From Chitinophagaceae bacterium (GTDB lineage: Bacteria > Bacteroidota > Bacteroidia > Chitinophagales > Chitinophagaceae), in the NCBI GenBank assembly GCA_035760665.1, contig DASTSN010000040.1, positions 82-64,081 of the forward strand: a stretch of 64,000 bases of DNA, read 5' to 3'. Positions within the stretch are counted from its first letter, which is position 1. The number at the start of each line of letters is the position of its first letter. The notes under the pieces were generated by a model. That model saw nothing but the letters and a program-made list of their open reading frames with translations, did not search any database and was not told the origin of the DNA. A program made the position numbers and the translations under genes. This document shows positions 38,562 through 48,315 of the stretch, in pieces.

Positions 38562-38873
38562 TTTTTTTAGAGAACAAAGGTAAGGGGAAAGGTACTATCG
38601 GACTTTAATCCGGGTCAGAAAGAAATCGCTTCGGAAGTACTGTTTCCTTCGAAAAAATTGGAATACCGGATAACAGGCAACATGATTTTCCGGGAACCCT
38701 TAAAATCATTTTGCATTTTTAAAAAACTAAAATGTAAAACGGCTGGACTTGGATAAAGTATCTGTAACAAAGCGCAATACTAAATCGTCTTTCAGATGAA
38801 CCGTCATGAATTTTTAAATAAGGTATTATATAATCAATAAAATAAGTCGTTCTAACAGCCGGTTAGAGACTGC

Positions 38874-38905
38874 GGGTTCCGTTTTTACGGAACCCTGATT
38901 TTTTG
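38874..38905 (+). terminator. Orphan plus-strand intrinsic terminator in a 368-bp intergenic region between two minus-strand genes
   Basis: gggttccg-ttttta-cggaaccc then tgattttttg; the T-run is only on the plus strand. Confidence 0.6.
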
Positions 38906-38929
38906 TATACGGGGTCATGCAATACTGGT

Positions 38930-39562
38930 TTATCTTTTTTTCCCGCGTATCCTGCTGAGTGTTTCGACGGCAATACCAAGATAGGAAGCGATATATTTAA
39001 CGGGAATCCTGTTGGCCAGCCCGGGGTTATGGTCAATGAAGCGCAGGTATCTTTTCTGCGCATTTGGAATCCGGCAGATAAAAGCCCGTTCTTCAGCATC
39101 GCGGTAATATTGCTCCAATAGTTTGCGGCCCACTATATTCATTTCAATAAAATGTTCATACAAGTATTCCAACGCACCATACTCCACAGCGCATAATTCA
39201 CAATCTTCAATTGCCTGGATGTATTCCGGCGAGGGTTCATTCAGCGCCAGACTCCTGATGGACGTGATAATCTCGTTTTCAGCATTGATCCAGGTGGTGA
39301 TCTCCCGTTTTCCTTCTTTAATAAATGCCCTTACAAGGCCTTTATTAATGAGATAAAGATGCTGGCATACTGTGCCTGCTTTCACCAGGTATTTCCCTTT
39401 TTGAATAAAAAAGGGAAAACTGTTTTTGTCGATATAGTTGGTAACTTCCTGACTAACAGGGTGGATTAAGCGAACAAATGCTGAGATTGGTGAATTGGCG
39501 GATGAATGATTACTGTCAAAAACGTTTTTTTGCTCTGTCCCCGCCGAATTTTTTTTCTTCAT
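38930..39562 (-). CDS. Crp/Fnr family transcriptional regulator
   Basis: 210 aa; cNMP-binding beta-roll plus C-terminal HTH (IASYLGIAVETLSRIR). Confidence 0.8.
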   Translation of the reverse strand: MKKKNSAGTEQKNVFDSNHSSANSPISAFVRLIHPVSQEVTNYIDKNSFPFFIQKGKYLVKAGTVCQHLYLINKGLVRAFIKEGKREITTWINAENEIITSIRSLALNEPSPEYIQAIEDCELCAVEYGALEYLYEHFIEMNIVGRKLLEQYYRDAEERAFICRIPNAQKRYLRFIDHNPGLANRIPVKYIASYLGIAVETLSRIRGKKR

Positions 39563-39806
39563 TTCACCTGTTATTTAAACTTTTTGTGCAATTCATTGTC
39601 ACTTATTCCGTTTGTTCATGTGTGTTAGAAATGATGATGAAATTGTAATGTGGTAGCAATTTAATTTAAACTTCTTAAAGGGGTCGTAAATCTGTAAATA
39701 ATTAAACATATTAATATCTGGTTTATGGTTAAAGTATACAAAATAATTTGGCATTAAATGTGATATATTTTAAAAAAAACCATAATTTTAAGGTAATAGC
39801 TAATCT

Positions 39807-40340
39807 ATGATACACTCAACTCTGGACAAATTACGTCTTAGGGCTTCTCTTCATCTATCACCTTCAAGTATCCACCCTATCTCAGACGTTCAATCTAAAA
39901 ACATTGGCAAAGGAACGTTCATTTGGCAATTTGCTGTTATCCTGGAAGGTGCCCGAATCGGTGATAACTGTAATATCAACTGCCATACATTTATTGAAAA
40001 TGATGTTGTTATTGGCAATAATGTTACTGTTAAGGCCGGTGTTTATCTGTGGGATGGGATACGAATAGAAGATGATGTGTTTATAGGTCCCAACGCCACT
40101 TTTGTAAACGACAACCATCCCCGTTCAAAAAAATACCCGGAACATTTTCTGCAAACTAAAATCTGTAAGGGAGCCTCAATTGGCGCTAACGCAACCATTC
40201 TTGGAGGAATCACAATTGGCCAGTATGCAATGATCGGCGCTGGCAGTGTCGTTACAAAAAGTGTTCCTCCTTACACAATGGTGTACGGAAATCCTGCACG
40301 CGTTATTGGGAAAGTAGATAAAGATGGGAAATTAATTTAA
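39807..40340 (+). CDS. Hexapeptide-repeat (left-handed beta-helix) sugar-nucleotide N-acetyltransferase (WxcM-C-terminal/FdtC/QdtC-like)
   Basis: Isoleucine-patch repeats: [59 protein letters not shown]; gene and upstream 240 bp are visibly AT-rich relative to neighbours. Confidence 0.7.
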   Translation: MIHSTLDKLRLRASLHLSPSSIHPISDVQSKNIGKGTFIWQFAVILEGARIGDNCNINCHTFIENDVVIGNNVTVKAGVYLWDGIRIEDDVFIGPNATFVNDNHPRSKKYPEHFLQTKICKGASIGANATILGGITIGQYAMIGAGSVVTKSVPPYTMVYGNPARVIGKVDKDGKLI

Positions 40341-40379
40341 ACTCTTAAGAGTAGTAGAAATTCCTTCATATACATACCA

Positions 40380-41294
40380 TCATTTATTTGTTTTACGCAT
40401 GAAAGATGGATGATATTTTTCAAGTGTTTTCCGAAGATATTCCCTGTCGAGGTGGGTATATATTTCCGTTGTTGTAATACTTTCATGTCCTAACATCTCC
40501 TGTACGGCTCGTAAATCGGCTCCGCCCTCCACCAGGTGGGTGGCGAATGAATGGCGGAACGTATGCGGCGATACTATTTTCGTGATTCCTGCTTTATTTG
40601 CCAGGTCTTTGATGATCAGGAAAATCATGACTCTTGACAACATACCTCCCCTGTTATTTAAAAACAAAATATCCTCGCACCCTTTTTTTACAGGCACATG
40701 TACCCTGATTTTATTTTTATAAAGATTGATGTATTTCGCCGCGCTTTTCCCAAGCGGTACCAATCGCTCTTTATTTCCTTTGCCAATTACCCGGATATAA
40801 CCGGCATCGGTATAAATATGCGGTATTTTCAGGCTAACCACTTCACTTACCCTGAGACCGCAACTGTACATCGTTTCAAGGATAGCTTTGTTACGGCCGC
40901 CTTCAGGTTTACTTAGGTCTATTTGCCCGATGATTGTTTCTATTTCTTCAAAACTCAGTACAGCTGGCAAAGCCCTCTTTAGTTTTGGCGCTTCCAGTAG
41001 TACCGTTGGGTCCTCGGTGGAAATATTTTCCAGCAAGCAGTATTTGTAAAAAGCACGAATACCTGAGATTAGCCGGGCTTGCGAGGTGGGTGTCATGCCC
41101 AGTTCCGTTATCCATTTAATAAAGGTTTGAAGGTCTTTCAGGACTAGCTCCGAAGGAGACTTCATCAGTTTATGCTGTGCCAGATAATCGGTGAGTTTTT
41201 CGATATCCCGCAAATAAGCTTCCACTGAATTGTCGGACAGTGATTTTTCCAGTTGCAGGTATGACCTAAACCCTTTTTTATAAGGCTCCCACAT
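40380..41294 (-). CDS. xerD: Tyrosine site-specific recombinase XerD
   Basis: 304 aa; N-terminal SAM-like core-binding domain; catalytic HTFRHSFATHLVEGGADLRAVQEMLGHESITTTEIYTHL. Confidence 0.8.
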   Translation of the reverse strand: MWEPYKKGFRSYLQLEKSLSDNSVEAYLRDIEKLTDYLAQHKLMKSPSELVLKDLQTFIKWITELGMTPTSQARLISGIRAFYKYCLLENISTEDPTVLLEAPKLKRALPAVLSFEEIETIIGQIDLSKPEGGRNKAILETMYSCGLRVSEVVSLKIPHIYTDAGYIRVIGKGNKERLVPLGKSAAKYINLYKNKIRVHVPVKKGCEDILFLNNRGGMLSRVMIFLIIKDLANKAGITKIVSPHTFRHSFATHLVEGGADLRAVQEMLGHESITTTEIYTHLDREYLRKTLEKYHPSFMRKTNK

Positions 41295-41299
41295 GTGTG

Positions 41300-41953
41300 T
41301 TACAGGCTGATGGTTTTTTCCAGCGGTGTGATTTTACCTTTTTGTTTAAGATTCACAAAAATCCTGGTGCGGGTAACATTCACAGAATCAAATGTGGCAT
41401 GAATGTTATTGAAATCAATGTCCAGTTCTTCATCTGCCAGTTTCAGTTGTGCTTTGTTGCCGGTAGCCATATCTTCGACATAAACAAACGAATAATCGGC
41501 ATAACAAATTAACCCGTCACCGATTTTGAACTTGGGATCAAACTTGGTTAAAGCACTGCTGTATTTACTGATATCATATTGCTTGCTATAGGGCAGTTTT
41601 AACAAAAAGCCCCGAAAGGTTGAGCAATCGTTAAACTGCAGCCAGGCATAGCTTGTGTCTTTAAAATAACAATCCACGTATTTGGCATTGATGGTAACTG
41701 GCTGTCCTAATAAATAAGCTAGGTCCATTTTGCGGTTATTCACCAGGTATTTATTGCTCCATACCAGGGTATCCGGCGAGCAGGCTTTGGGAGAAATATA
41801 CACATAAGGCTTGCCGGGATCATCCCCGGTAAATCTAAGTGTATCCTGCAGGCAGGCATTGTCGCAGTAAGAAATTTTCTTTTTGTCGCCCGATGAACAG
41901 GCCGTAACAAAGAAAACTGAAATGATAAGGGCGAGAAGTGTAAATGGTTTCAT
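41300..41953 (-). CDS. Hypothetical cysteine-rich lipoprotein
   Basis: Signal peptide with lipobox (VTAC); 217 aa; co-oriented 6 bp upstream of xerD. Confidence 0.5.
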   Translation of the reverse strand: MKPFTLLALIISVFFVTACSSGDKKKISYCDNACLQDTLRFTGDDPGKPYVYISPKACSPDTLVWSNKYLVNNRKMDLAYLLGQPVTINAKYVDCYFKDTSYAWLQFNDCSTFRGFLLKLPYSKQYDISKYSSALTKFDPKFKIGDGLICYADYSFVYVEDMATGNKAQLKLADEELDIDFNNIHATFDSVNVTRTRIFVNLKQKGKITPLEKTISL

Positions 41954-42038
41954 AAGCTGATTGTTATTCCTAACAAAAATAGAAACTTGCGCCCTGAAAA
42001 CTACTTTTTTCTTTTATCTTCGGCGTTTAACCATCACA

Positions 42039-42563
42039 ATGAAAACAAAGACAGTTAATCTTCGTTCGTTTCGTCAAAAAGTACGCCATCATAAAACGGC
42101 TTTACGCAGATTTCTTTCCAGACTTGAAAAAAAACCACCCCGTGGGCTTGATAAAATGACAGCTGCAGTGGAGAAGGAAGTGTGGGATGAAGTGGATTGT
42201 CTCACCTGCGCCAATTGTTGCAAAACAATGACGCCGACGTATACACCGGCAGACATCAGGCGGATAGCAGCGCATTTTAAGATGACTCCAGAACAATTCA
42301 GAGGGAAATGGTTATACAAGGAGCGCAGCAGCGGCGACTGGATGAATAAATCCACGCCCTGCCAGTTTCTCAATTTAAAAGATAATAAATGCTCAATTTA
42401 CAGTATACGTCCGGTTGATTGTGCCGGTTTTCCGCACCTGCCTAAGCGCAGGATGGTCGATTACATGCATATTCATAAACAAAATGTGGAATACTGCCCC
42501 GCAACGTATAAAATGGTGGAAAAGATCAAACAACGGGTTGAGGATGCAGCAGCTGCTCAATAA
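42039..42563 (+). CDS. YkgJ family cysteine-cluster (CxxCxxCC) protein
   Basis: CLTCANCCKT...C...CAGFP pattern; start set at MKTKTVNL (track ORF begins upstream at 41961). Confidence 0.7.
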   Translation: MKTKTVNLRSFRQKVRHHKTALRRFLSRLEKKPPRGLDKMTAAVEKEVWDEVDCLTCANCCKTMTPTYTPADIRRIAAHFKMTPEQFRGKWLYKERSSGDWMNKSTPCQFLNLKDNKCSIYSIRPVDCAGFPHLPKRRMVDYMHIHKQNVEYCPATYKMVEKIKQRVEDAAAAQ

Positions 42564-42569
42564 AGCTTC

Positions 42570-42929
42570 TTACAGGTATACATCTTCAATCAAGAAAAAT
42601 TCAGGAACCGCATTCCGGCTGACTGACACAGACAGGATATCGTATTGTACCAAGCGGTATTGAGGGTGCTGAAATAAAAACTCATCTGCCGCATTGAGCA
42701 GGTGTTTGAATTTTTTCTTGGTTACAGCTTCTTCAGGATAACCGCGGGAGGAGTCTTTCAGGGTTTTGACTTCTACAAAATGCAATACATTTTTTTTGCG
42801 GGCAATAATGTCAATTTCATAATACGAATAGCGCCAGTTGCGGTGAAGAATTTCATAGCCTTTTTCCCGTAGAAATTGCTCTGCCATTGCTTCACCTTCT
42901 TTGCCCAGTTGATTATGTTCTGCCATCAC
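42570..42929 (-). CDS. YraN family (UPF0102) predicted endonuclease
   Basis: 119 aa; GKEGEAMAEQFLREKGYEILHRNWR...EIDIIARK...HFVEVKT pattern. Confidence 0.8.
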   Translation of the reverse strand: MMAEHNQLGKEGEAMAEQFLREKGYEILHRNWRYSYYEIDIIARKKNVLHFVEVKTLKDSSRGYPEEAVTKKKFKHLLNAADEFLFQHPQYRLVQYDILSVSVSRNAVPEFFLIEDVYL

Positions 42930-42976
42930 TTATCTTTACTTTAAAATACAAAGAAAGCGTGGTGGTATTGCAAAAA

Positions 42977-44179
42977 ATGTATCGTTTATATGGCAAAATC
43001 CAGCATTATACCTGGGGCGGTTTTGATTTTATACCCAACCTGCTGGGTATAAAAAATACTGAGCGAAAGCCTTTTGCAGAGTACTGGATGGGCGCCCATC
43101 ATTCCGCCTCTGCACAGCTGGGCAAAGAACTCTTGTCCCTCCACACATTATTACAAGAACAGAAGGAAGAACTGCTGGGGGCTTATGTTGCCAGGGAATT
43201 TGGTGATTTACCGTACTTGTTTAAAATACTGGATGTAAAAGATATGTTATCCATCCAGGTGCATCCGTCCAGGAAAGAGGCGGAAAAAGAGTTTGCCCGT
43301 GAAAATAAGGAAGGAATTCCGCTAACCGACCCCGCCAGGAATTATAAAGATGCCAATCATAAACCGGAACTGATGGTGGCACTAAGCGATTTCTGGTTGC
43401 TGCACGGGTTTAAGCCAGCGGATGAACTGCAAGCTGTGCTGCAGGATACGCCGGAATTGCAATTTCTTTTGCCCATTTTTAAAAAGGATGGATATGAAAA
43501 ACTGTATCGCACCGTTATGGAACTGCCGCAGCGGGAAGTAAATGAACGGTTGCAACCTTTGCTGGACCGGATCATCCCGTTGTATAATGAAAACAGCCTG
43601 TCCAAAAGTGATGAGAATTTTTGGGCTGCCCGGGCCGCTCTGACATTTCATCACGATGAAAATTTCGACCGGGGAATTTTTTCTATTTATTTATTTAACC
43701 TTGTTTATCTAAAACCGGGGGAAGGCATTTTCCAGGATGCTGGTGTGCCCCATGCCTACCTGGAGGGACAGAATGCTGAAATTATGGCCAACTCCGATAA
43801 CGTATTGCGGGGTGGACTGACTGCCAAGCATATTGATGTAAAGCAGTTACTCAAGCATGTGCAGTGCAGGCCGGTTCGGCCGCAAATTTTAACCGGCAAA
43901 ATAAATGAACAGCTTGAAATAGTGTATAAAACGCCGGCGAAAGAGTTTGAACTCAGTAGAATTGTGTTGAGAGGTAATGAAAAAATATCATATGTTTCCC
44001 GTACCGGTGAGGTTCTGTTGCTGACGGAAGGACGTGTACGTATAAACGTTGCCAATGAAATTACAACACTGAACAGGGGAGAGGCCGTTTTTATTGTTGC
44101 CAACCAGCCTGCCGATATTAAAGCAGCAGAGGATGCTGTGGTTTTTCGGGCAACAGTACCTGTTCACAAAGGTGAATAA
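42977..44179 (+). CDS. manA: Mannose-6-phosphate isomerase, class I
   Basis: Start at MYRLYGKIQHYTWGG; QVHP zinc-binding motif; ELMVALSDFWLLHGF; track ORF 42887 is over-extended. Confidence 0.8.
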   Translation: MYRLYGKIQHYTWGGFDFIPNLLGIKNTERKPFAEYWMGAHHSASAQLGKELLSLHTLLQEQKEELLGAYVAREFGDLPYLFKILDVKDMLSIQVHPSRKEAEKEFARENKEGIPLTDPARNYKDANHKPELMVALSDFWLLHGFKPADELQAVLQDTPELQFLLPIFKKDGYEKLYRTVMELPQREVNERLQPLLDRIIPLYNENSLSKSDENFWAARAALTFHHDENFDRGIFSIYLFNLVYLKPGEGIFQDAGVPHAYLEGQNAEIMANSDNVLRGGLTAKHIDVKQLLKHVQCRPVRPQILTGKINEQLEIVYKTPAKEFELSRIVLRGNEKISYVSRTGEVLLLTEGRVRINVANEITTLNRGEAVFIVANQPADIKAAEDAVVFRATVPVHKGE

Positions 44180-44353
44180 CTAGGCAAGCTGTTTTCGCCA
44201 ATTCCTTTATTTTTGCATTGAAACCAGTTTATCCTGAATTGCCCATAATTTTCGCAAATGCACGGCAACAATTAGGCGGCAATGCTCTTCTGCTGACAGA
44301 CAGGAATCTGAAAAAATAGCTGCCGGTAAAACGGTAAATAAAAAAATAAACAG

Positions 44354-44932
44354 ATGAAATTGAACAGAACCACCTTGATTGCTTTCGGCTTATTGCTGTT
44401 GGCTTCATCTTTATATCGTGTGTGGGACAGTAGGCCGCTAGGCTTTATACCCTTGTTTTCTATGGCTGTATTCAGTGGTATCGTTATTAAAAACAAGGCT
44501 ACCGCTTTTTTAATTCCGCTGATTTCGCTGTTTCTCAGCGATGTGTTGTATGAAGTGTTATACGTTAACCAACTGACGGAAATAAAGGGATTTTACAGTG
44601 GCCAGTTTATCAATTACGTCCTGATTGCCGGCACAACGGTAATCGGTATGCTGGTGCGTAAAGTAAATGTTTTATCGGTCACAACAGCTTCATTGAGTGC
44701 GCCAACATTGTATTTTTTCATTTCTAATTTTTTATACTGGATTACCGGCGGCACAGATATCCGCACGCAGCTTCCGTTGAACAGAACTGTTGATGGCTTA
44801 CTGCAAGCATACAACCAGGGACTTCCGTTTTACAAAGGATATGTACTGGGAACCCTGTTTTTCTCAGGAGTTTTCTTTGGAATGTATTACCTGTTAAAAC
44901 GCATGGCACCGGCTGTTGAACAGCCTGCTTAA
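44354..44932 (+). CDS. Hypothetical polytopic membrane protein (possible ECF-S-component-like transporter subunit)
   Basis: 192 aa; 5-6 TM helices; preceded by 174-nt leader. Confidence 0.45.
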   Translation: MKLNRTTLIAFGLLLLASSLYRVWDSRPLGFIPLFSMAVFSGIVIKNKATAFLIPLISLFLSDVLYEVLYVNQLTEIKGFYSGQFINYVLIAGTTVIGMLVRKVNVLSVTTASLSAPTLYFFISNFLYWITGGTDIRTQLPLNRTVDGLLQAYNQGLPFYKGYVLGTLFFSGVFFGMYYLLKRMAPAVEQPA

Positions 44933-44961
44933 CCTCGTAAGAATAACTGAATTTCTGAATA

Positions 44962-44990
44962 AAGTCCGGCGTTAAGCCGGATTTTTTATT
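44962..44990 (+). terminator. Intrinsic terminator after membrane-protein gene
   Basis: aaagtccggc-gttaa-gccggatttttta. Confidence 0.75.
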
Positions 44991-45081
44991 GCAGGTTCAT
45001 ACTTTGTACGGAATTTTTTCGGCTTGCAGTGTAGTAAAAAAGGCAGACTTGTTTCCCGTAAAAACCGCCGGTTCCGATGGC

Positions 45082-45885
45082 TTAGTCACGCAGGCTGGCG
45101 GCTACTAATTCGGCGATATCCAGTACCTGCACGCTGTCTTCTTTGGCGGCCAGTTTTACGCCATCAGTCATCATAGTATTACAAAAGGGGCAGGCAGCGG
45201 CAATTACGGGGGCGCCGGTTTCCAGTGCTTCGCTGCTTCGTTCTGCATTGACACGGGAAATACCTTTTTCTTCTTCTTTAAACATTTGGGCACCACCGGC
45301 ACCACAGCATAAGCCTTTGCTGCGGCATCGCTTCATTTCCACTAGTTCGGCATCCAGCGCTTCTAATACTTTACGCGGTGCTTCGTAAATATTATTGGCG
45401 CGTCCCAGGTAGCAACTGTCGTGGTAGGTGATGCGTTTGCCCTGGAAGGTACCGCCCTCTTTCAGCCGAATCTTACCCTCGTCAATCAATTGTTGCAACA
45501 AGGCCGTATGGTGAATTACTTCGTAATGACCACCCAGTTCCGGGTATTCGTTTTTAAGTGTATTAAAACAGTGCGGGCAGGCCGTTACAATTTTTTTGAT
45601 ACCGTAATTGTTCAGCAACTGTATGTTCTGATAGGCCATCATTTGAAACAGAAACTCATTACCGGCTCTGCGCACCGGGTCTCCTGTGCACATTTCTTCT
45701 TTCCCCAGAATCGCATAATGAATACCTGCCTTATCCAGGATGGAAACAAAAGCCCTGGTGATTTTTTGTGCACGCTGATCAAAGCTGCCGGCACAGCCCA
45801 CCCAAAACAAGATTTCGGGCGATGTTCCATTGGCAAACAACTCAGCAACCGTTGGTACAGGTTTGTCCATAAGCAGAAAAATCAA
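45082..45885 (-). CDS. (Fe-S)-binding protein with two CCG (cysteine-rich) domains, heterodisulfide-reductase subunit B/GlpC-C-terminal-like
   Basis: 267 aa; FWVGCAGSFD...CTGD and second CCG repeat (CPHCFNTLKNEYP... CCGAGG); no adjacent 4Fe-4S partner gene. Confidence 0.75.
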   Translation of the reverse strand: MIFLLMDKPVPTVAELFANGTSPEILFWVGCAGSFDQRAQKITRAFVSILDKAGIHYAILGKEEMCTGDPVRRAGNEFLFQMMAYQNIQLLNNYGIKKIVTACPHCFNTLKNEYPELGGHYEVIHHTALLQQLIDEGKIRLKEGGTFQGKRITYHDSCYLGRANNIYEAPRKVLEALDAELVEMKRCRSKGLCCGAGGAQMFKEEEKGISRVNAERSSEALETGAPVIAAACPFCNTMMTDGVKLAAKEDSVQVLDIAELVAASLRD

Positions 45886-46066
45886 TTTTCATCAAATCTA
45901 TAAAATATTATGCATTGCAAGTCGCTTGTTGAATGGCAGCTACAGAAATGAATGTGCAAAATAGGTGACCGGAGAAACTTTTAACATTTCATCACCTGGA
46001 TACATCTTTTGCAAAAAGATGAAATCCTCCATTGTTTAGGAATGGAAAGCTATTTTTGCTGCTTCT

Positions 46067-47110
46067 ATGCGGGTAAAAAATTTTTTTCAGCGGCTGACCA
46101 ACTGGGAACTATGGCCTTTTTATGTACTGTATTTTCCCATCAGCTTTGTGTGGTGCTGGTATTGTATAAAAAGCCGCTCACTCTGGTTCTTCAGTTCATC
46201 TAATCCTACCATTACATTTGGTGGTTTTGAGGGGGAAAGTAAACGGGAAATGTATGAGCAATTGCCCCCTGCTTTGTATCCCAAAACTATTTATATCCTG
46301 CATGACTGTCCTTTTGAAGAGTTGAAAACCGCAATCCGGGAAAATGGGTTTACTTATCCGTTTGTTGTCAAACCCGATGTTGGCATGAAAGGTATCCTGT
46401 TCCGAAAAATTGAAAACGAAGAGCAACTGGAAAAATACCACAGTCGAATACCGGTAGAATATATTGTTCAGGAACTGGTGGAGTTACCCGTAGAGTTGAG
46501 TGTATTTTACTACCGCCATCCCACCCACGAAAAAGGAACGATCAGTGGTTTTATACAAAAAGAACTGCTCGAGGTGTATGGCGATGGACAAAGCACCCTT
46601 TGGCAACTCATCCAGCAGCACCCACGTGCCCGTTTCAGGCTGGAAGAAATGCAACTGCGGCACGAGCACCGGCTGGACAGGATATTGCCCAAGGGACAGC
46701 ATTTTTATTTGTCATATGCCGGTAACCATAACCGCGGCGCCCGCTTTATCAATCTTGCCAACCAGGTAGACGATCGTTTGTTGAAGATATTTGATGACCT
46801 CAGTCATTACACCGGAAAATTTTATTACGGTCGTTATGATATCAAATGTAACTCGGTGGAAGAACTAAAGGCTGGCGGTCATTTTTCTATTCTTGAATTC
46901 AATGGCTGCGGGGCCGAGCCCAATCACATATACGATGCGGGCATGAAGCTTGGGCAGGCCTACAGGGAAATTCTCAAGCACTGGAAAGCCCTGTATGAAA
47001 TTAGTAAGTATAATCACGAAAACGGAACCCCTTACTGGCCTTTTCAAAAAGGACGGAAATTTCTTCGGGATGCCAAGCGCCATTTCCGCATGCTGGAAAA
47101 GTATGATTAG
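46067..47110 (+). CDS. Uncharacterised ATP-grasp-like ligase family protein, paralog A (N-terminal Trp-rich hydrophobic segment)
   Basis: 347 aa; Gly-rich loop VVKPDVGMKGILF and Mg-site-like ILEFNGCGAEPNH; about 40-45% identical to ORF 50364-51446. Confidence 0.45.
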   Translation: MRVKNFFQRLTNWELWPFYVLYFPISFVWCWYCIKSRSLWFFSSSNPTITFGGFEGESKREMYEQLPPALYPKTIYILHDCPFEELKTAIRENGFTYPFVVKPDVGMKGILFRKIENEEQLEKYHSRIPVEYIVQELVELPVELSVFYYRHPTHEKGTISGFIQKELLEVYGDGQSTLWQLIQQHPRARFRLEEMQLRHEHRLDRILPKGQHFYLSYAGNHNRGARFINLANQVDDRLLKIFDDLSHYTGKFYYGRYDIKCNSVEELKAGGHFSILEFNGCGAEPNHIYDAGMKLGQAYREILKHWKALYEISKYNHENGTPYWPFQKGRKFLRDAKRHFRMLEKYD

Positions 47111-47171
47111 CGGTTGCAGGCATTACGCATTCTTTCGTTAATTTTAATTTATCACCTGGTACAGCAATACT

Positions 47172-47873
47172 ATGACAATTGATGAACGTTTTCTGCTTAT
47201 CCGCAACTATGACCTGTGGTCGCAACTGAGCGATGAAGAATATGAAGAGCTCAATGTGGATCACCATTTTATTGAGGCCAAGAAAGGTGATTATATTTAT
47301 TTTGATTCCCATTATCTCAACAGGCTTTATTTTGTAAAAGATGGGTTTATCAAAATTGGATACGTTGATGAAGAGGGCAACGAAATCATTAAAGAAATTA
47401 TTCGTGAAGGAGAAGTGTTTGGCCAGTTTACACTGGAAAAAAACAACCTGCATGGCGAGTTTGCCCGTGCTTATAAAGCAGACGTTAGCCTTTGTTCATT
47501 TACCATCGACGATTTCGAAAAATTGCTGAAAAAAAAGCCTGAAATAGCCATTCGCTATAGCCGGCAGATGGGACAAAAGTTGCGGAATGCAGAATTTCGG
47601 TTACTGAGTTTGCTGAACAAAGATGTTCGTTCCCGGCTGCTCTCATTTTTTTATCAGTTAGCGGTGCAGAACGGTTACTCGGGCGAAGATGGAATTTTTA
47701 GCATGGATAATTTTTTAACGCACGATGATATTGCCGGTTTGATAGGTTCGGCGCGGCAAACAGTGACCACGTTTATCAACATCCTGGAAGCCGAAGGACT
47801 TGTAAAAATTACCCGGAAGCACATTACACTGCCCGATGTTAAAAAAATCCAAAAGCAGGTGATTGTCACCTGA
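47172..47873 (+). CDS. Crp/Fnr family transcriptional regulator
   Basis: 233 aa; cNMP-binding domain plus HTH (IAGLIGSARQTVTTFINILEAEG). Confidence 0.8.
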   Translation: MTIDERFLLIRNYDLWSQLSDEEYEELNVDHHFIEAKKGDYIYFDSHYLNRLYFVKDGFIKIGYVDEEGNEIIKEIIREGEVFGQFTLEKNNLHGEFARAYKADVSLCSFTIDDFEKLLKKKPEIAIRYSRQMGQKLRNAEFRLLSLLNKDVRSRLLSFFYQLAVQNGYSGEDGIFSMDNFLTHDDIAGLIGSARQTVTTFINILEAEGLVKITRKHITLPDVKKIQKQVIVT

Positions 47874-47925
47874 GCGACAATGACCGCGTAAAAGCATCTG
47901 TATTTTTGATCTGAAATAAACATGC

Positions 47926-48315
47926 ATGCTCAATAAAATTTTGCCCTGGATAGCCCGCATTGTCGCAGCAGTCATAATGCTGCAAACATTATTTTTCAAA
48001 TTTACAGGGGCGGAGGAATCGAAGTATATTTTTTCCCGCCTGCATGCCGAACCCTGGGGGCGTATTGGAAGCGGCGTGATCGAACTGCTGGCCTCAATCC
48101 TGATCTTGATTCCTGCTACTACAGGTTATGGTGCGTTGCTCGGCCTTGGAGTGATGACAGGAGCCATACTTTCTCATCTTACCGTTCTGGGTATTGATGT
48201 GCAGAACGATGGTGGTTTGTTATTTTTGTATGCAATACTGGTTTTTTTCAGTTGCCTGTATCTGGTTTGGGTCTACCGCAAGCAATTGCCTGTATTCAAT
48301 AAACTATTTGCCTGA
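47926..48315 (+). CDS. DoxX family membrane protein
   Basis: 129 aa; 4 TM; R/G-containing DoxX pattern (WIARIVAAVIMLQTLFFKFTG...GSGVIELLASILILIP). Confidence 0.8.
   Translation: MLNKILPWIARIVAAVIMLQTLFFKFTGAEESKYIFSRLHAEPWGRIGSGVIELLASILILIPATTGYGALLGLGVMTGAILSHLTVLGIDVQNDGGLLFLYAILVFFSCLYLVWVYRKQLPVFNKLFA

Noticed and set aside
38780-38824. 14-codon micro-ORF (MNRHEFLNKVLYNQ) upstream of the orphan terminator
   Set aside because: Too short and without amino-acid bias or coupling to any downstream gene. Not reported as a leader peptide.
40380-41294. Tyrosine recombinase as a mobile-element or integron marker
   Set aside because: Sequence has the XerD-type N-terminal domain and catalytic box typical of the chromosomal dimer-resolution recombinase. 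There are no flanking direct repeats, integrase-associated cargo or phage genes, so it is called housekeeping xerD. The low-GC neighbour is noted separately.
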